This document shows positions 36,701 to 49,281 of a DNA stretch of 64,000 bases, one piece after another. Under the pieces are notes generated by a model that saw only the letters and a program-made list of their open reading frames with translations, did no database searches and had not been told where the DNA came from. Every line of letters starts with the position of its first letter. Within the stretch, counting starts at the first letter, position 1. Made by a program: the position numbers and the translations under genes. Location of the stretch: NCBI GenBank assembly GCA_905178155.1, contig CAJINV010000020.1:1250016-1314015 (forward strand), given 5' to 3'. This DNA comes from Amoebophrya sp. A120 (lineage: Eukaryota > Protista > Dinoflagellata).

Positions 36701-39447
36701 AAGTTTGTATATGCATTTATACGAGTACGATACTTTTGCACTGCATAACATGATCACCACGCCAAGCACCGCGCCGGTCAACCCGCACACCTTGTACCAT
36801 ATGCGCCACCGCTTCCGCTGGATCCCCGCGGGCCGCCAGGAGGGGGCCTTGAGCCAGGTGAGGATGAAGCAGGACAAGTTCATGTTGATGTAGCACGCGA
36901 GAAAGCACATGGTAAGCAGCGGCGCGACTAGGTTCAGTTCGCCGACAAGCACCAGGGCAGCGCACACGACGTAGGTGTAGAACAACGCGCGAATCGGTTC
37001 GCCGTGGCGGGACAGGGGGGCGACGTCATTTAGTAACGGGATGACGTTATCCCGCGCTATCGCCTGAAGGAGCCGGGGAGCGACGATCAGGCACTGGAGG
37101 GCTTGGGAAATGGATGAGATGATGATCCCGATGTGCGGGGCGTAGGGAAACGGCGTCCAGGCAATTTCCTCAAACACGTACGCACCGGCGGAGCCCCCAG
37201 CAAGATTTCTTCTAGCCGCGGACGCTGTGCTTGCGGCGTCAGTTCCTACTTCTGCTGCAAATGATTCACCCATGGTAGTCGCGTGCGCCGTTGTTACACC
37301 GTAAGTTGAAAATGATGTTTCATCCTGCAGCAATCGTTTCTGTCGACAGAGCTCGTCCTCGGCCTCGTTGCAGTCTTCCCAGTCCCCGCGCAGGTAGGGG
37401 TATTTCGCTACCGCGCCCCAAAAGATCATGAAGGTCGAGTACATGACGAGGGAAAACGTAATTGCGCCGAGGGTCCCGACCTTCAAGTCCCTCGGCGGGT
37501 TTTTCAGAATGTCCGCCCGGTTGGCGCCGGAGAGAATTCCGGTGAAGCAGGGGAAGAACAGAGACATCACCACGCCGAAATCGACCCCGTCACCGAAGTG
37601 GCTCCCCAGGTTCGTCTCCAAGGTCGACGCCGAAATCCCCGTTACTTGCCCGTCGGGGCCCTTAAAATTGGTCCCCCCCGTGGCAGTCTCCGAGCCGTCG
37701 GTCATGAAAATCCCCACGTAGAACATTAACAGGGTGAAAAAGACCACCACGACGAACACGACACCCATTTTGGTCACAAATTTGATGCCCATGTAGACCA
37801 TCAGCACCATCCCGAGGAGCACGATACTCCCAAAGCCCCGCATGGCACCGCCGCTGTTCAATTCTGGCCTCGCGATTAGCAAGGCCTCGACGGCGCCTGT
37901 GATTTTTTCGTAGTTTTATGACATGCAGCAACGTGGTGTTCGTTTTCTATCCTTTGCAAGCAGACAAGATGGCGGTGGCATCAAACAAGAAAAACGACAC
38001 CAAGAAGAAAAATCGGTATCGCATAGCAAGCAGTGTGAATCATGTTAGTGTTTGACATTTACCTAGGGTCTCCAGCACTGCCAGCAGCGATATCCCGAGC
38101 CAGTAGAGCAGACCAACTGTGACACCGATAGCCGGGCCCATTGCCCGGGAGATCATGTAGTAGGGGCCGCCTTCACTGACGAAGCCGCCAGAAGAAACGA
38201 CCGCGGACATCGAAGATGCGGTCACTGTAGAAAAGAATAACAATTTCAGATCACATTCACATGCTGATTAATTTGGCCGCGTTAAACACTGCAATTGCAT
38301 CAAGCTGCGTGCATCGTCCTTTATACAGTTTTGGTTTTCTGATTTCCAGCACATAGTCCAAACTTTCGCAAGAAATCCAAAGCAAAACAAAAAAAGTACG
38401 GAATGCCATGGAGAAGGACAAAAACACCGCGAGCAGCGCCAATCCCACCCCTGCGTTCCCGACGATCGTGTAGAACCGCAGGAAAATGAGCACGCCCCAC
38501 ATGTTTTCGCACGTGGGCACGAACACGCCGGCAAAAGCGCCCACTTTCTTTGCGTCTTTCTTTTTCAAACTTGGGTTCATGTAGGTCACCTCTTCCCCGG
38601 AGTCGTCATCCGCCAAGTCCCGCTCTGACTGGCGCTGCTGCAGGCCCTTTTCCGTTTCCTTCCGCAGGACCGCCGACGCGTAGTTCAACTCTGCGGAGGT
38701 CATCCGGCCGATCATCTCCCCGCGATCTGATGCGGACGAGGGCGATTCGTGCGGGGCCCGGCCGGAGGACGAGTTTTTCGACCTCGTGTTACCCCCCGGG
38801 GAAAATAAATTATCCCCCCCTGCTGTCGGCGAGTCGCCGTCGTGCTGCTCCATGCTGGGCGAGTTCGTGCTGATCGCCCTATTTCGGTTCAGCCCTTCAA
38901 GAATTGTGACTGGGGCATGATCCCCCTGGGGTCCATTTTCATCTCCTGTGGTTAATATCGTTTGAAACGCGTCCTCGGTGAGGACCAGGTTCTCCGAGTC
39001 CCGGCTGCGCATGGCCACCACCTGTATCAAATGCAAATATGTCTGGGTCGTCTGGAAGATTCCGGGATTTATTGTCATGCATATTTTGTATGACCCATGA
39101 TGCCTGTATATGCATTCTCTAGCATCACAGATTTTTTGAGGGCTCTCTGATGCCTATCCCGCATAAGAAACGCCCTCTCCGCGTGAGAACACAAACTGGA
39201 CTCCTGTTGCTGGTCACGCAATACAGATTTTTTTTTGGAATCCAAAGACTGCATTACAAGCTGCAACCTTGTTCCAGACCCAGACATATTTGCAATGCAT
39301 AACCTGGGTTTCGTCGCCATTGTGGGCTGTCAGAGAGTTCGCCTTTTCCGTGCCGCCCCGCGTGCCAAACATCAGCGGTGACATGCAAAACGAACGAGAC
39401 GAGAGGACGGGGAAATCTTGATTTGGTTCGTTTTTGGAGCGAGGCAC
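30702..39447 (-). CDS. SLC12-family cation-chloride cotransporter (KCC-like), 8 exons; start approximate (first in-frame ATG at 39384)
   Basis: Motifs [100 protein letters not shown] introns 38225-38399, 37897-38062, 34992-35180, 34201-34423, 30907-33923; IR introns at 39025 and 36592. Confidence 0.92.
31586..31666. repeat. Two near-adjacent perfect palindromes (18-bp and 13-bp arms, 1-nt centres)
   Basis: ttcttacttgccctttgc-c-gcaaagggcaagtaagaa (31586-31622) and acctaacgcaaag-g-ctttgcgttaggt (31640-31666). Confidence 0.9.
31666..31873. repeat. 19-bp minisatellite, ~10.5 copies
   Basis: Unit tcttgcccctcgcagt(a/g)ca repeated head to tail. Confidence 0.92.
33144..33362 (+). repeat. 12-bp degenerate tandem repeat (acgcctacttct) reading as Pro/Thr repeats
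   Basis: Visible repeat; + ORF 32989-33408 translates to [12 protein letters not shown]. Confidence 0.85.
36592..36747. mobile_element. Inverted-repeat introner (family C)
   Basis: TIR tatccagtgcaaaagtatcgcactcgtat vs tatgcagtgcaaaagtatcgtactcgtat. DR acatg at 36587-36591 and 36748-36752. Removing 161 bp repairs a frameshift (GVVIM|FIVQW). Confidence 0.92.
39025..39301. mobile_element. Inverted-repeat introner (family B), GT-AG compatible
   Basis: TIR tatcaaatgcaaatatgtctgggtc vs tatgcattgcaaatatgtctgggtc. DR acctg (CAGGT on the coding strand). Removing 282 bp gives DETQV|VAMR. Confidence 0.9.
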
Positions 39448-39989
39448 ATGAGGGTAAACATGTACATGAAGGTGGAATCAGAGTACAGCAATAAATCCCG
39501 CCACAAAGGGGAATTCTTCTAGCGTTTCGAATTCGATCAGAAGTCTAATATGGGGTAATACTTAGCTTGTCAGAAGGTCAATGAGGTTGGCTTTAGCCTG
39601 ATGTGAAGGTTCATGAAAATGAACTCCTCATAAATTTTCTCGGAAAGCACTTGTGTTTTTCGCTTTATTCTCTACCTCCCTCGTTTCACCTCCTGTCGTG
39701 TGGGTGGGCACACTTTCATACTGAGCCTCCTATGTGCTGTAATAGGTTGAGCAAGAACTTGTTGCCCACCACTTCTCATCTCTTCGTTTTTTTACTGTAA
39801 TTCATCAATACTTCACGAACACTGGACACAAAAATATGAAAATATGCTGCTGCAGCGGCGACTACTTTGAGCAGCTCCTCATTTAGTTTTGATGTTCAAT
39901 GCTTTCGTGACACAACTAGGGGCAAAGAGAAGTCATAACGTGTGTGGTATAACATTTGATCGTCTTTCTTCATCTCTATCATGTTGTCT

Positions 39990-41127
39990 TCACAAATCAT
40001 CTGGATCAATTGCGGGTCGGTTATTTAGTTCCTGAGGCCCGTTTTCTGCCTCCCCGCCCTCTGCTGCGCTGCTGTTGACGATTTCGTAACTCTGTAGTGG
40101 CTTGGGCGCGTCGTTAATCGTGGGATCTCGCCAGTCGTTGGGCAGCACTTTCCGCTTTTTCGCCATCCGCTTGAGACGTTCCGTTTCTTTTCGGAGCCCG
40201 AGCACCGCGGCTTCCACTTTTCGGTTGTCATCCAGGTACCGGTCGTGACTCACTTGCAAGTCCTTCAGCTCGCTTTGCCCCGAAATCTGGCCCAGTTTCC
40301 GCTTCTGATTGATCGATTCCGCCTCTTTGCGGAGTTGGGCTACCTGTGGGCGTGTGGTTTTTGGTAAAATACGGGTCTACTTTGCTTTTGGTATTTCATC
40401 TTCAAATTGAAACCTAGGATAGTAGCTCACGACACCGAAAATCACAGAAATCATTATCATGATGAAAAGTAACCATATGTAACATTAGTACCTCCTGCGT
40501 GAGCTGTCCCTCGAGGCTCTGGTTTGCCTTTCTGACTTCCGCGGCCGCTTTCGGGCCGGACTCCAGCAACAGCTCCAGATTTGCCAACCGCAAATCGTTG
40601 CACCCGGCCATGAGCCGGGCGTTGCGCAGCGCGTCCTTCCAGGCGGCTTCGGTGCCCTGGGAAAATTGATCTGGACCATCGAGATTTTGGTACTTGGTGT
40701 TGTCCAACTTCTGCATGCCCTGCTGCTTCGCCATGATCCGGTAAAATTCCTGCTTCAACAAGTCTCGCGAGACACCCTTACTATCGCTGATTTCCGCGGG
40801 CTCGTCCACAAACTGTCCGGCCGCCTCGAGCTGCAACTCGTCCGCACGGGTGAACAAGTGATTAGAGCTCTTCCCCAGCGACTGGATGAAAATATTCGCG
40901 CCGGCTTCCAGCGTGTCGTGGCTGGTGGTATCATTGTTTGAGGGGCTATGTTCTGCCGCCTTCTGTCGCACTTCCTCCGCAACGAGTTCGTCCACCAGTC
41001 GCGCTTCGGCGCTATTCGGGTCCGCTTTGCCCTCGATGTAGAGTAAGCTGTCCACCAAATCGTGGTGCACATTGCTCTCGTGCAGCAAGGGGCCCGAGGA
41101 AGTAGTCGCTGAAGTTGAGGTCGCCAT
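39990..41127 (-). CDS. SPF27: Pre-mRNA splicing factor SPF27/BCAS2 (Prp19 complex), ~329 aa, GT-AG intron 40344-40491
   Basis: LVDSLLYIE, ELVAEEVR, LLKQEFYRI, LDNTKY, AWKDALRNA, RLANLELLLESGP, INQKRKLGQ match the BCAS2 pattern. Confidence 0.85.
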
Positions 41128-42075
41128 GTTCTTCGTTGTGTTCTATTGGGGAGGTTCCTTCTGATTCAGTTGTAAGGTCGTACGGCGCTTATGGTTTCGT
41201 AGTCCTTTCTTCCTTTCGATTGAATACTGAGGGTAATTCATATGTAGTTCGACAACTATCAGCAGCTACAAATTCAACAATGTCCGTCCCATCTCCTGAA
41301 ATTCGTACTGACTGAGGTGTGTCGCTAGTGATGCGTGTTGAGGTTTGAAGCAAGTGGATTCTAATCGATAATCGGATCTTTTGTACGGTTTCCAACGGAT
41401 CCTGTCAACATCCTCCCCTATAACTTCTTGGATGGCAGCGACAGGTACAAGAACGGGAAAGGACTCTTTAATTTGATAAAATGATAAAATGATGTTGATC
41501 CAAATGTTGGCGGGGCTATTTGCATCATGCCCTCTGAGCGTAGATTTGGAACAACAGCGACTTCTTGATGCACAAGTTCAAATGCAACGAGTGCTGGGTA
41601 CTAGATAATGATCGAATGTGAACTTCAGGAGCATACCTGGGTTTTTTTCTGTTCTTCGACACTACCACGTAGACTTTTTCGCCATTTCTGAGCAGAGGAT
41701 CGTTACTATCACTTCATCATGCGCGTACGTCAGTCTGAATGTGCATTATGCTCATGCGGGCGTGCGGGATCGAAAAAAACTTCTCACTGGTAGCGTTTTT
41801 CATTTTTTTATGTGTGGACTGTGACAGTCGTGCCTCTATACGATGGCCCTGACGCGTTTGACGAGCTTCACGTGAACTATCTATGTGTTGCTCCTGATGC
41901 CGTCTGTGATGCTAAGTTGTTGACTCTACCTGTTTGGTGTGTTTCGTAATTTTTGCGCCTTTCCCTCGTTGTCGTTGCCGCGGGGTGCCTTCTCGCTTTG
42001 CGAAACTGCGTTATTTCGACGAATACGCAAAAAACCCTCCGACTTGTTCTGCAGTGGACATTATCTTCATTGCCG

Positions 42076-44697
42076 TCACCTGCTAGTACCTGCGGCTGCT
42101 AGACCTTTAACTGCGTCAAGCAAATTCTCGATATCTCGCTTCCCCACGAAGAAGAGCGAGTCTGAGCGGGCCCCTTGCACGATCCGCGGGTGGTACCCCT
42201 TGACAAGATTATCCATGTCGGAGATGCGGAACAGAACTTTGAGCAGCATCTCCAAGCTTTGCCTCTTGATTCCGGGTTCCGCGCCAGATAGTCCTGTTGC
42301 GCCCTTGTTGGACAATGACGTCCACAACGCATCCCTGGTGGCAGGAGCTGTGACATTCGCTTTCATCGCATCAGCCTCTGTATTTCCCTGAATAGTTTTC
42401 TCGTCGGATGAAGAAAACGCTGCGCGTACAAGCGACTCGAGAATGAAGCGCATCGATCGGACATCCATTTTCCTGCCCAAAGTCGGGGCCTTGCTAGCCG
42501 CAACTGCCATCGTGCTCTCATCTGGACGACCAAGAAATGGGACAAGACCTTCGTTGGGCATTGTGATCATACTGCTTTCGCAATCCACTCCTCCAACGAG
42601 CCGCGCGACGTTCCTTGTCAAATCGAGTTCGCCAATCTTTCCCCTCATTGGCAACACGCGCTTGGGCTGCGCCAAATCCGGCCTCCCAGGCCCGTTCAAA
42701 AAAGTTTGAAAAGTTCCGGTGCGAAGACGGTAGGCGTGGACCGCCAGTCCGGGTCCGATGAAAAACAAGTGATCCTTTCTTCGACTGGGGTTGTGAACCA
42801 GAAAGCGCTGGTACGGGTGCCCGCAGGGTCCGGTGACGCAGCACTGCTGGGTTTCCAGTCGTGGATAGTACGAGAAGGACCCGCCCAGGGATTTTTTCTC
42901 CTGTTCTTGATGTTGAAAGTACTTCCTCACCACCTTCGCAGGGTCAGTAGTCTGGAAAAATACGTCGACATTTTTCGGGTGCAATTTGGTCACTGTTGAA
43001 ACACTTTTCACATCGTCCCCTGCTTCTTCTATCAGCATCTTTTTCACTGTCTCGTTGATCTTCTTATCCAGCCCCAAATTTCCAACACAACAGCCGCCCG
43101 CCACATTATGCGCTGCTCTTTCTGCTTGCGGAAAACGGTCCGAGCCGACCAAAACCAAATCCTTGACCACACCCTTGAAATACCGGTAGTTGCAGACAAA
43201 GAAAATCTCGCTCGGATCAAACTTCACCCCGTAGGTTCCCGCGTGGTGGGGCAGAAGAAGGGCGAAGCCACCTGAAGCGTGTCTTTGGAGGTTTTTCGCG
43301 AAGGATTTTATTAGGGTGGATGCAAGTCCGCGTTGAGGAGAAGCTGAAGCAGAAGTTGAAAGCGACGGCGCTGTTGTCCTTGTGTCTGAAGATGAAGAAG
43401 CAGAGCTTGAGTTGGAATATTTTTCCATGCCTTTTCCATGATTTTCCATTAGAAGCTCGGTTTTGACGCCATCAACCAGTGCTTGTTCGATATCAGTCGA
43501 GGACCAAGCGATTCCTGGCCGACCTGAAACGAGTCTGTTCAACGTCCTCGTAGGCGGTATCTCTGTATTCCGAAATAGCGCGTCAGTGATGTTCATGTTT
43601 CTCCATCTCGTTTCATCGTCGATGAAAATGTTTTCATGATTTCGAGAACCACCCGCAGCTGCACTCGCACGACCTTTTACCAAAGGATCATCACGATCAT
43701 CAAGCTTGTGATACAAAACCGCCAGCTTCGCCAGGCTCTTGAAATTCACCGTGTGCGAGAAGAGCATATCCGGCCTGGAATACACCAGCACGTCCCCTGG
43801 GCTGCGTGGAATCCTGTGTGCCCGCGATACTGCCTCCATTAGTGTATAGGCGTTTGTCTCGGGGTCGGCACGTGTGTCCGAAAGTTGCTCGTTCACGGCA
43901 TAGGCAAAATTCACGTAGGATGTTGTAGCTTTCTTGTTCTCAAGTTGTAGACCAAGCTGCTTCCCGGCTTGTGAAAGGTGACGACGCGGCGGCGCACTTG
44001 TCGGTCCACTGGAAGCGATCTTCTTTTGAAACTTCTGGAAATCTTTATCGCTCTGCAACTTCTGTATCCTTTCCGTCACACTGATTTTCTGCAACCCCTC
44101 CCCGTTCCGCTTTCCCCACCAGGCGGATCCATTCGCCTCGATTTTTTCCCGCACGGTTAGAATTACAAAAAAGCACGGCGCAGATTGCACGAAGCTCAGA
44201 AAGTTCGGCAGTTTCTTGTCGAAGGTCCGGAAGTGCCCGGAGAGGAGGAAATAGGTGATGGAGTGTTCCCGTTTATGGCATTGATTGTAGTCACCAACGT
44301 TCACCGCCTTGAACTTCGACACTTTTTCGGGGTTCCAAAGCTCTTTGGCCGTGGACAGGAAGGCAGCTTCCGCTTGGGCTTTCCTGGAGGCAGTTTCTTG
44401 TGGGGGAAGTTCTTGGTCAGCGGTTCCGACAGAAGAAGCAGGATTAGATGATCGGCTAACATCATCAACCGTTGTACTTTGCTTCGCAGTGGTCGTCGAA
44501 GATGGTGCAGAACTCGACGCAGAAATTTTTGTTTTTTGCTGTGCCGCTGGTTTTTGATTTTCGCTAAAGACGGCACAAAGTAGCGAATCATACCTCCAAG
44601 AATCCCCCGCCCGGGCGTCGTACGGCCAAAAGCAAAATACGAACAGAAACACAAAGGACAAAAGTGCAACGACAGAGAAGTTATTTGCTAGAGACAT
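42076..44697 (-). CDS. Type II membrane or secreted protein, putative glycosyltransferase-like
   Basis: Long uninterrupted ORF. Hydrophobic anchor VVALLSFVFLFVFCFW followed by a Ser/Thr stem. Motifs FLLSGHFRTF and LVYSRPDMLF resemble the SGxxRTF / RPD pattern of uncharacterised GT-like families. Function is inference. Confidence 0.55.
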   Translation of the reverse strand: MSLANNFSVVALLSFVFLFVFCFWPYDARAGDSWRYDSLLCAVFSENQKPAAQQKTKISASSSAPSSTTTAKQSTTVDDVSRSSNPASSVGTADQELPPQETASRKAQAEAAFLSTAKELWNPEKVSKFKAVNVGDYNQCHKREHSITYFLLSGHFRTFDKKLPNFLSFVQSAPCFFVILTVREKIEANGSAWWGKRNGEGLQKISVTERIQKLQSDKDFQKFQKKIASSGPTSAPPRRHLSQAGKQLGLQLENKKATTSYVNFAYAVNEQLSDTRADPETNAYTLMEAVSRAHRIPRSPGDVLVYSRPDMLFSHTVNFKSLAKLAVLYHKLDDRDDPLVKGRASAAAGGSRNHENIFIDDETRWRNMNITDALFRNTEIPPTRTLNRLVSGRPGIAWSSTDIEQALVDGVKTELLMENHGKGMEKYSNSSSASSSSDTRTTAPSLSTSASASPQRGLASTLIKSFAKNLQRHASGGFALLLPHHAGTYGVKFDPSEIFFVCNYRYFKGVVKDLVLVGSDRFPQAERAAHNVAGGCCVGNLGLDKKINETVKKMLIEEAGDDVKSVSTVTKLHPKNVDVFFQTTDPAKVVRKYFQHQEQEKKSLGGSFSYYPRLETQQCCVTGPCGHPYQRFLVHNPSRRKDHLFFIGPGLAVHAYRLRTGTFQTFLNGPGRPDLAQPKRVLPMRGKIGELDLTRNVARLVGGVDCESSMITMPNEGLVPFLGRPDESTMAVAASKAPTLGRKMDVRSMRFILESLVRAAFSSSDEKTIQGNTEADAMKANVTAPATRDALWTSLSNKGATGLSGAEPGIKRQSLEMLLKVLFRISDMDNLVKGYHPRIVQGARSDSLFFVGKRDIENLLDAVKGLAAAGTSR

Positions 44698-45588
44698 CTT
44701 GAGCAGAGGTGAAACTGATACTGAAAGCAAAGGTTGTGAAGAAGCGTGCTAAACAACGAAACAATAGGAATAGCTAGATCAATCACTTTAGTCCGCGGGT
44801 TTGTAGTAGTAAAGATCGTCAACATCGCAGAAGTTCCAACATCCACATCCAAATCCAATTGAAGACGGGCCGCTCCGACGCCGGGCATAAGATCATGCTT
44901 ATCTGCATTCCTCGATCGACACTGAAATCGCAGAAGTCGACCAAACAGGACATACTAGCTGCACCATTGTCCGAACATAAAGGGAGATTCTTCCGCTGCA
45001 TCGGAGTTGACCTTCAGGCATCGTGATATTAGACAAGCTCTCGTTCTTCGGAATTTTCATCTATCACAAAATCTTTTATCTTAGCTCAACACGCGATGGA
45101 GATGGTTGGAAAGCAACAACACCCACTATATTTAGGTGCTCCCTGATAAATTTATCTCCGGTTATCAAAGCTCGCTCTTTCATCAGATATCTCGACTAGT
45201 CTTAGCACCACAATTGAAAAGCAGAAGCGCGGCAGGTGAATTTTTCCAGCGATATCAGTGATATCGACATCAGCTGCTACCACATGCACCAGATCAGCTC
45301 TGTAGGGGTATTTTTCCCTCAATCTAGTGCCTGTCAAGGCATACAAACATCGACACTTTGACTTTGTTTGAAATCTACTTCACGAAGGAAATATAACTGA
45401 AAGAAGTTGAAGTAATATCGCAAGTACATCAATTTCAATTTAGTGTAGAATCGAAGCGCAATTGAAAGTGAAAAACCCGAAATCGATAATTTTTTCACAA
45501 TGCTATCAAGTAGACGTCAAGAAGAAACTCACGATAAAAAATCTTTTCGTCCCACTTCAAGTTCAAACATATTCTAGACTTGCGATAA

Positions 45589-46743
45589 TCAGCTCTGCCA
45601 ATCGCCGGCATCGTACTTCTGCTTCGTTCCCCATCGCTGCTTCGGCGGCGGCAGCATCTGCCCGCCCACGCCGCGCGTCCACCCGGGGGGCAGCTTTTTG
45701 TGCTTCACTGCACTGCCGGTGGAGGAGACTCCTGCGCCAGAGGTTAGCTGCTGTTGCTGCGACGGCGCCCCGCCCCGGGTTCGGTTGGCGTTGCCCTGTA
45801 AACCGCGGGCGCGCTCCAGCCGCTCGACGATCTTCACGTTCTCCTGGTGCACCCGCTGCTCCTCGCGCTGACGGTTGATGGCCACGGAAGACATCTTCGG
45901 CGCCTGCAGGCTTGGCGGCACGCCGCGGCTCGTCGAGCCTGGCAGAAACACAGAAGAAAAGATTGTTGCACGACAGTTGCAACACTAGCTACTGGAAACG
46001 GGTGAGGAACAACGGAAGCTACAGCAAAACGCTTTTCCATACAGCACGAAAGTCTACCAGAACCATGCTACACAATAAATAACAACGCCTACTGGTCGAC
46101 GTATCATTTTCATGCCAAAATTCAAATTATGAAGTAGTGAAAAACGCAGTAGGTCCTCAAATACCTTTCCCCCCGCCCGCGGTGATTCCCGATCTCGGGT
46201 CTCGCTCCTTGATCGCTACCAACTTGTTGAGCAACCTTTTGTTGCCCTTGTTGATGTCGTCGATTTGGTTTTTGTCGTGACTCCAGTCCACATGTCCCGC
46301 CGGTTTTGCCTGCTGTCGCCCCGCGCCCTTCCCATCGGTCGCGGGCCCGGAGGAGGAGCCACCGGAGCCTTGGGTAGTGGTGGACACACCCGCTCCACCC
46401 CGACCACGGCCTGCTCCTTTCGCGCCCGGGTGCCCGTACTGCTGCTGTGCGTTTTCGGCCTCCGATATCCACAGTAAATTTGCAGTACACGTACAAATGC
46501 TGTCTCTAGTACATGACAAAATTTATTACCTTCAATCTTAGTCAGCATGACAAGTTTGACACTCAAAGTTGGAGAAGTTTGTGATGCGTTTTGTACATGT
46601 ACGGGAAATTTGTATTGCATATCCGCAATCAGCGCCTTCAGCTTCTCGTTCAACTCTTGGGCCCGGAGAAATTCGCGCTCCTCCTCAGAATCCAGGTCGT
46701 CGTCGACCTGGTGCGCCGCAGTGACGCTCGTGGGGTTCTGCAT
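45589..46743 (-). CDS. CFAP97/Hemingway-like flagellar-associated protein (~255 aa), 3 exons
   Basis: WSHDKNQIDDINKGNKRLLNKL and SSVAINRQREEQRVHQENVKIVERLE. IR intron 46466-46621 and GT-AG intron 45939-46164 both restore the frame. Confidence 0.75.
46466..46621. mobile_element. Inverted-repeat introner (family D)
   Basis: TIR tatccacagtaaatttgcagtacacgtacaaa vs tatgcaatacaaatttcccgtacatgtacaaa. DR tccga/tccgc. Removing 161 bp gives ALIAEAENAQ. Confidence 0.9.
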
Positions 46744-47434
46744 CTTCTGTAGTTCTTGCGGAAGTTTTTCCGTATTCCTAGGTCCTACACCTACGTGTTG
46801 TTGAAGATTTCACTGGTGGAAGTGCGGCTTGTACTGGTAGATGGAACGAAGAGATTAAACTTACACTTAGAGCGAACTCCCAGATGAGAAAGCCAATCTC
46901 GAATGCAGCGTGTGGAGGCTCTTGGTCTTGGTCTAGTACTTACTCGCAGGTCATGAAATAACTGGTTCATCGACTACAACGAAAAACATCAATCCGACGT
47001 CAACAACTCTACCTCGAACTCGAAGAGAAAAACAACGCAAACGCGGCGGGCAGAGATAAAGATAAACCACACCTCCGCTCTAAAGTTCTCTTATCCGAAA
47101 ACGAGCAGGACTCATCGACAAAGACGAACAACACAAAGCCAAAGGTCGTTTTCTCTTCTTCGCGATTGATTCAAAAAACAATCGAGAACCGAGAATGCGC
47201 AGAGTGCAATTTTTAGATATTACGACGCTCTTTCAGATTCAGACTTGCTTCCTTTGCCTCTTCAGCAACATCGTATATATTCACTTACACTCTATTCCAT
47301 GCATCTTACATTGATTTTCACTACAAGGCAAGCACAGAAATGCTAAATACAAGTAGGCGAATTTCTACATTACATACAGTTCGTTTACCTTTGGAAACAA
47401 GAAGAACATACTTTCAATCATGTATTTGCTGCAC

Positions 47435-49281
47435 TCACGCTACCAAAACACTTGTTCCTTCGCCAGCACTACTAGCGGGTACTATTTTGAAGTTGAACCT
47501 TGCGTGCAGGAGCTCGGTGTCGATGCTCTGTTGCGTTTTCTTGGCATCCAATACGTAGTCCACGACCTCTTTGGCGCGGTACAGCTTCTCAACGTCGTAC
47601 TGAATCTCCGAGTCGTCCTTTTTCAGGACGGCCAGACTCCGCAGAATCCCGCCAAGCTCGTCGCGAAGCTCGGCGAGGACCTGGAAATGAATAAGAAGAG
47701 GCATCGACATGTATAAAGGTCGCGGGGCGCTACTGGTATACCAAGTGCGTGCGTGGACATCTTTCTAACCAGCGCGAAGGTCCACCAGCCTTTTGCTTTT
47801 TCTAACATCGCCGCGCGCCGCACGGCAGTCGACGCAAACGAGAACAAGTGCCATCTATTGGAGAGCCGCCCCTTCTTCTTGAGCCGCGGGCCGCAGATTG
47901 CGGTTGCGGCCGCGAGCACAACCGCGGCCCGCGACTGAAGAAGAAGACGTCGAAGACATCCCGGGCCCCACAACCTCCCCGCGGACCGACAGCTAAGTAG
48001 TGTCGTCCGCGGCGGCCCGCAGGCTCCTGCTGAGATAAGCATTGCGTTCGAAATCCGGCGAACTCGCAGCGGGGCATCCTTTCGAGGCCCCTGCAAACAA
48101 AGTAGCTTTTCTCGAGGCCACTATGCCGTCGCGCGTAACGTTATGCACGAGGGCATACTGGCCAGGGAAGGTGCGCAAATTCCAAGAACAAGTTGCACAA
48201 TTCCGTCATTTGCGGCAGCCCGCCTTTGTGGCTGCCCAAATTGCGCATTTTCCCTCGGGGTGCTCCGCACTCTCCCGCCAAGCCCTTCCAGAAGCTCGGC
48301 GAGCAACTGATAATAAATCGATACTTTAGCCTGTCTTGGCGGAATGGCATCTTCGGCATGTATCATCTATGGTTGAGCAGATGCAGATCGTCCGCATTCA
48401 TCGAAAGAGAAAACGGTGTCGCTTCATCTTCTTCTCGGTCTTTTACAAAACTCTTCAGATCATGCACGCACATCCACATGCTTTCGTCAAACTTCGTACT
48501 TTCAGATGAGCATCTGTGGGATCGATCATTTAGTATCTGAGGCCGGAAATGCTTTCATGCGTGATGTCTCCGACAGCCGAAGTCGTACGCATGTGCCGCG
48601 TGTTCTTTGTTCAGTCGCAATGTTGCAAATGTTTGTTATTGTTGCATTAAAAACCTGCATCCACAATCCGAATGCAACTATTTTTCGCGTTTATCAAATA
48701 CCTGTGCCGCTACATCTTGGTTTCGTTTTTGCTTCAGCGCTCGATTCCTACCCGATTTCAGCTCCGTCTCCGTGCGCTGCTTCAGTTTTTGCTTTCGCTG
48801 AATCGCTTCTTTTATGCAGTGCAAAAGTATCTATCGTAGTCGTACTCGTGCTTCTAATTGCAAATATGCATGACAAATCTTCCTCCTAAAGTAAAACAGC
48901 ATTACAAATTCCACTTTTCTTCTTGCGAAAATTTGTATATGCAATTTATACTAGTACGATACTTTTGCGATGCATATCTTCCAAGCGAATCCGGATCTCC
49001 TGCAGGTCCGTTAACTGCTTCAGAATATCGATGCGCTCGCTTTCGATGCCGCGGATCTCGGTCTCGCTCTCCTCGACCAGCTCCGTCACGGCGTTTTTGA
49101 TCTGCTCGTCCAGGCCCTGGATGCGGTCCTGCAGCGCGTGCTTGTACTCCGCAACTTTGCTGTGCAACTTCTCACTGACCGTCTTCTCCCGGTGCACCGC
49201 TGCGAGAAGCTCGTGGTCCTGCGGAATCTTGCTGGTCGCGTCCCAGGTTGGAGGTGGGACCGTGGCTCCTGCGGTCAACAT
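47435..49281 (-). CDS. Coiled-coil hypothetical protein (~218 aa), 3 exons
   Basis: Removing the IR intron at 48813 gives IRLEEAIQRKQK. GT-AG intron 47681-48701 joins VAAQ|VLAELRDEL in frame. Confidence 0.6.
48813..48976. mobile_element. Inverted-repeat introner (family C)
   Basis: TIR tatgcagtgcaaaagtatc vs tatgcatcgcaaaagtatc. DR tcttt/tcttc. Interior resembles 36592-36747. Removing 169 bp gives an open coiled-coil frame. Confidence 0.88.
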
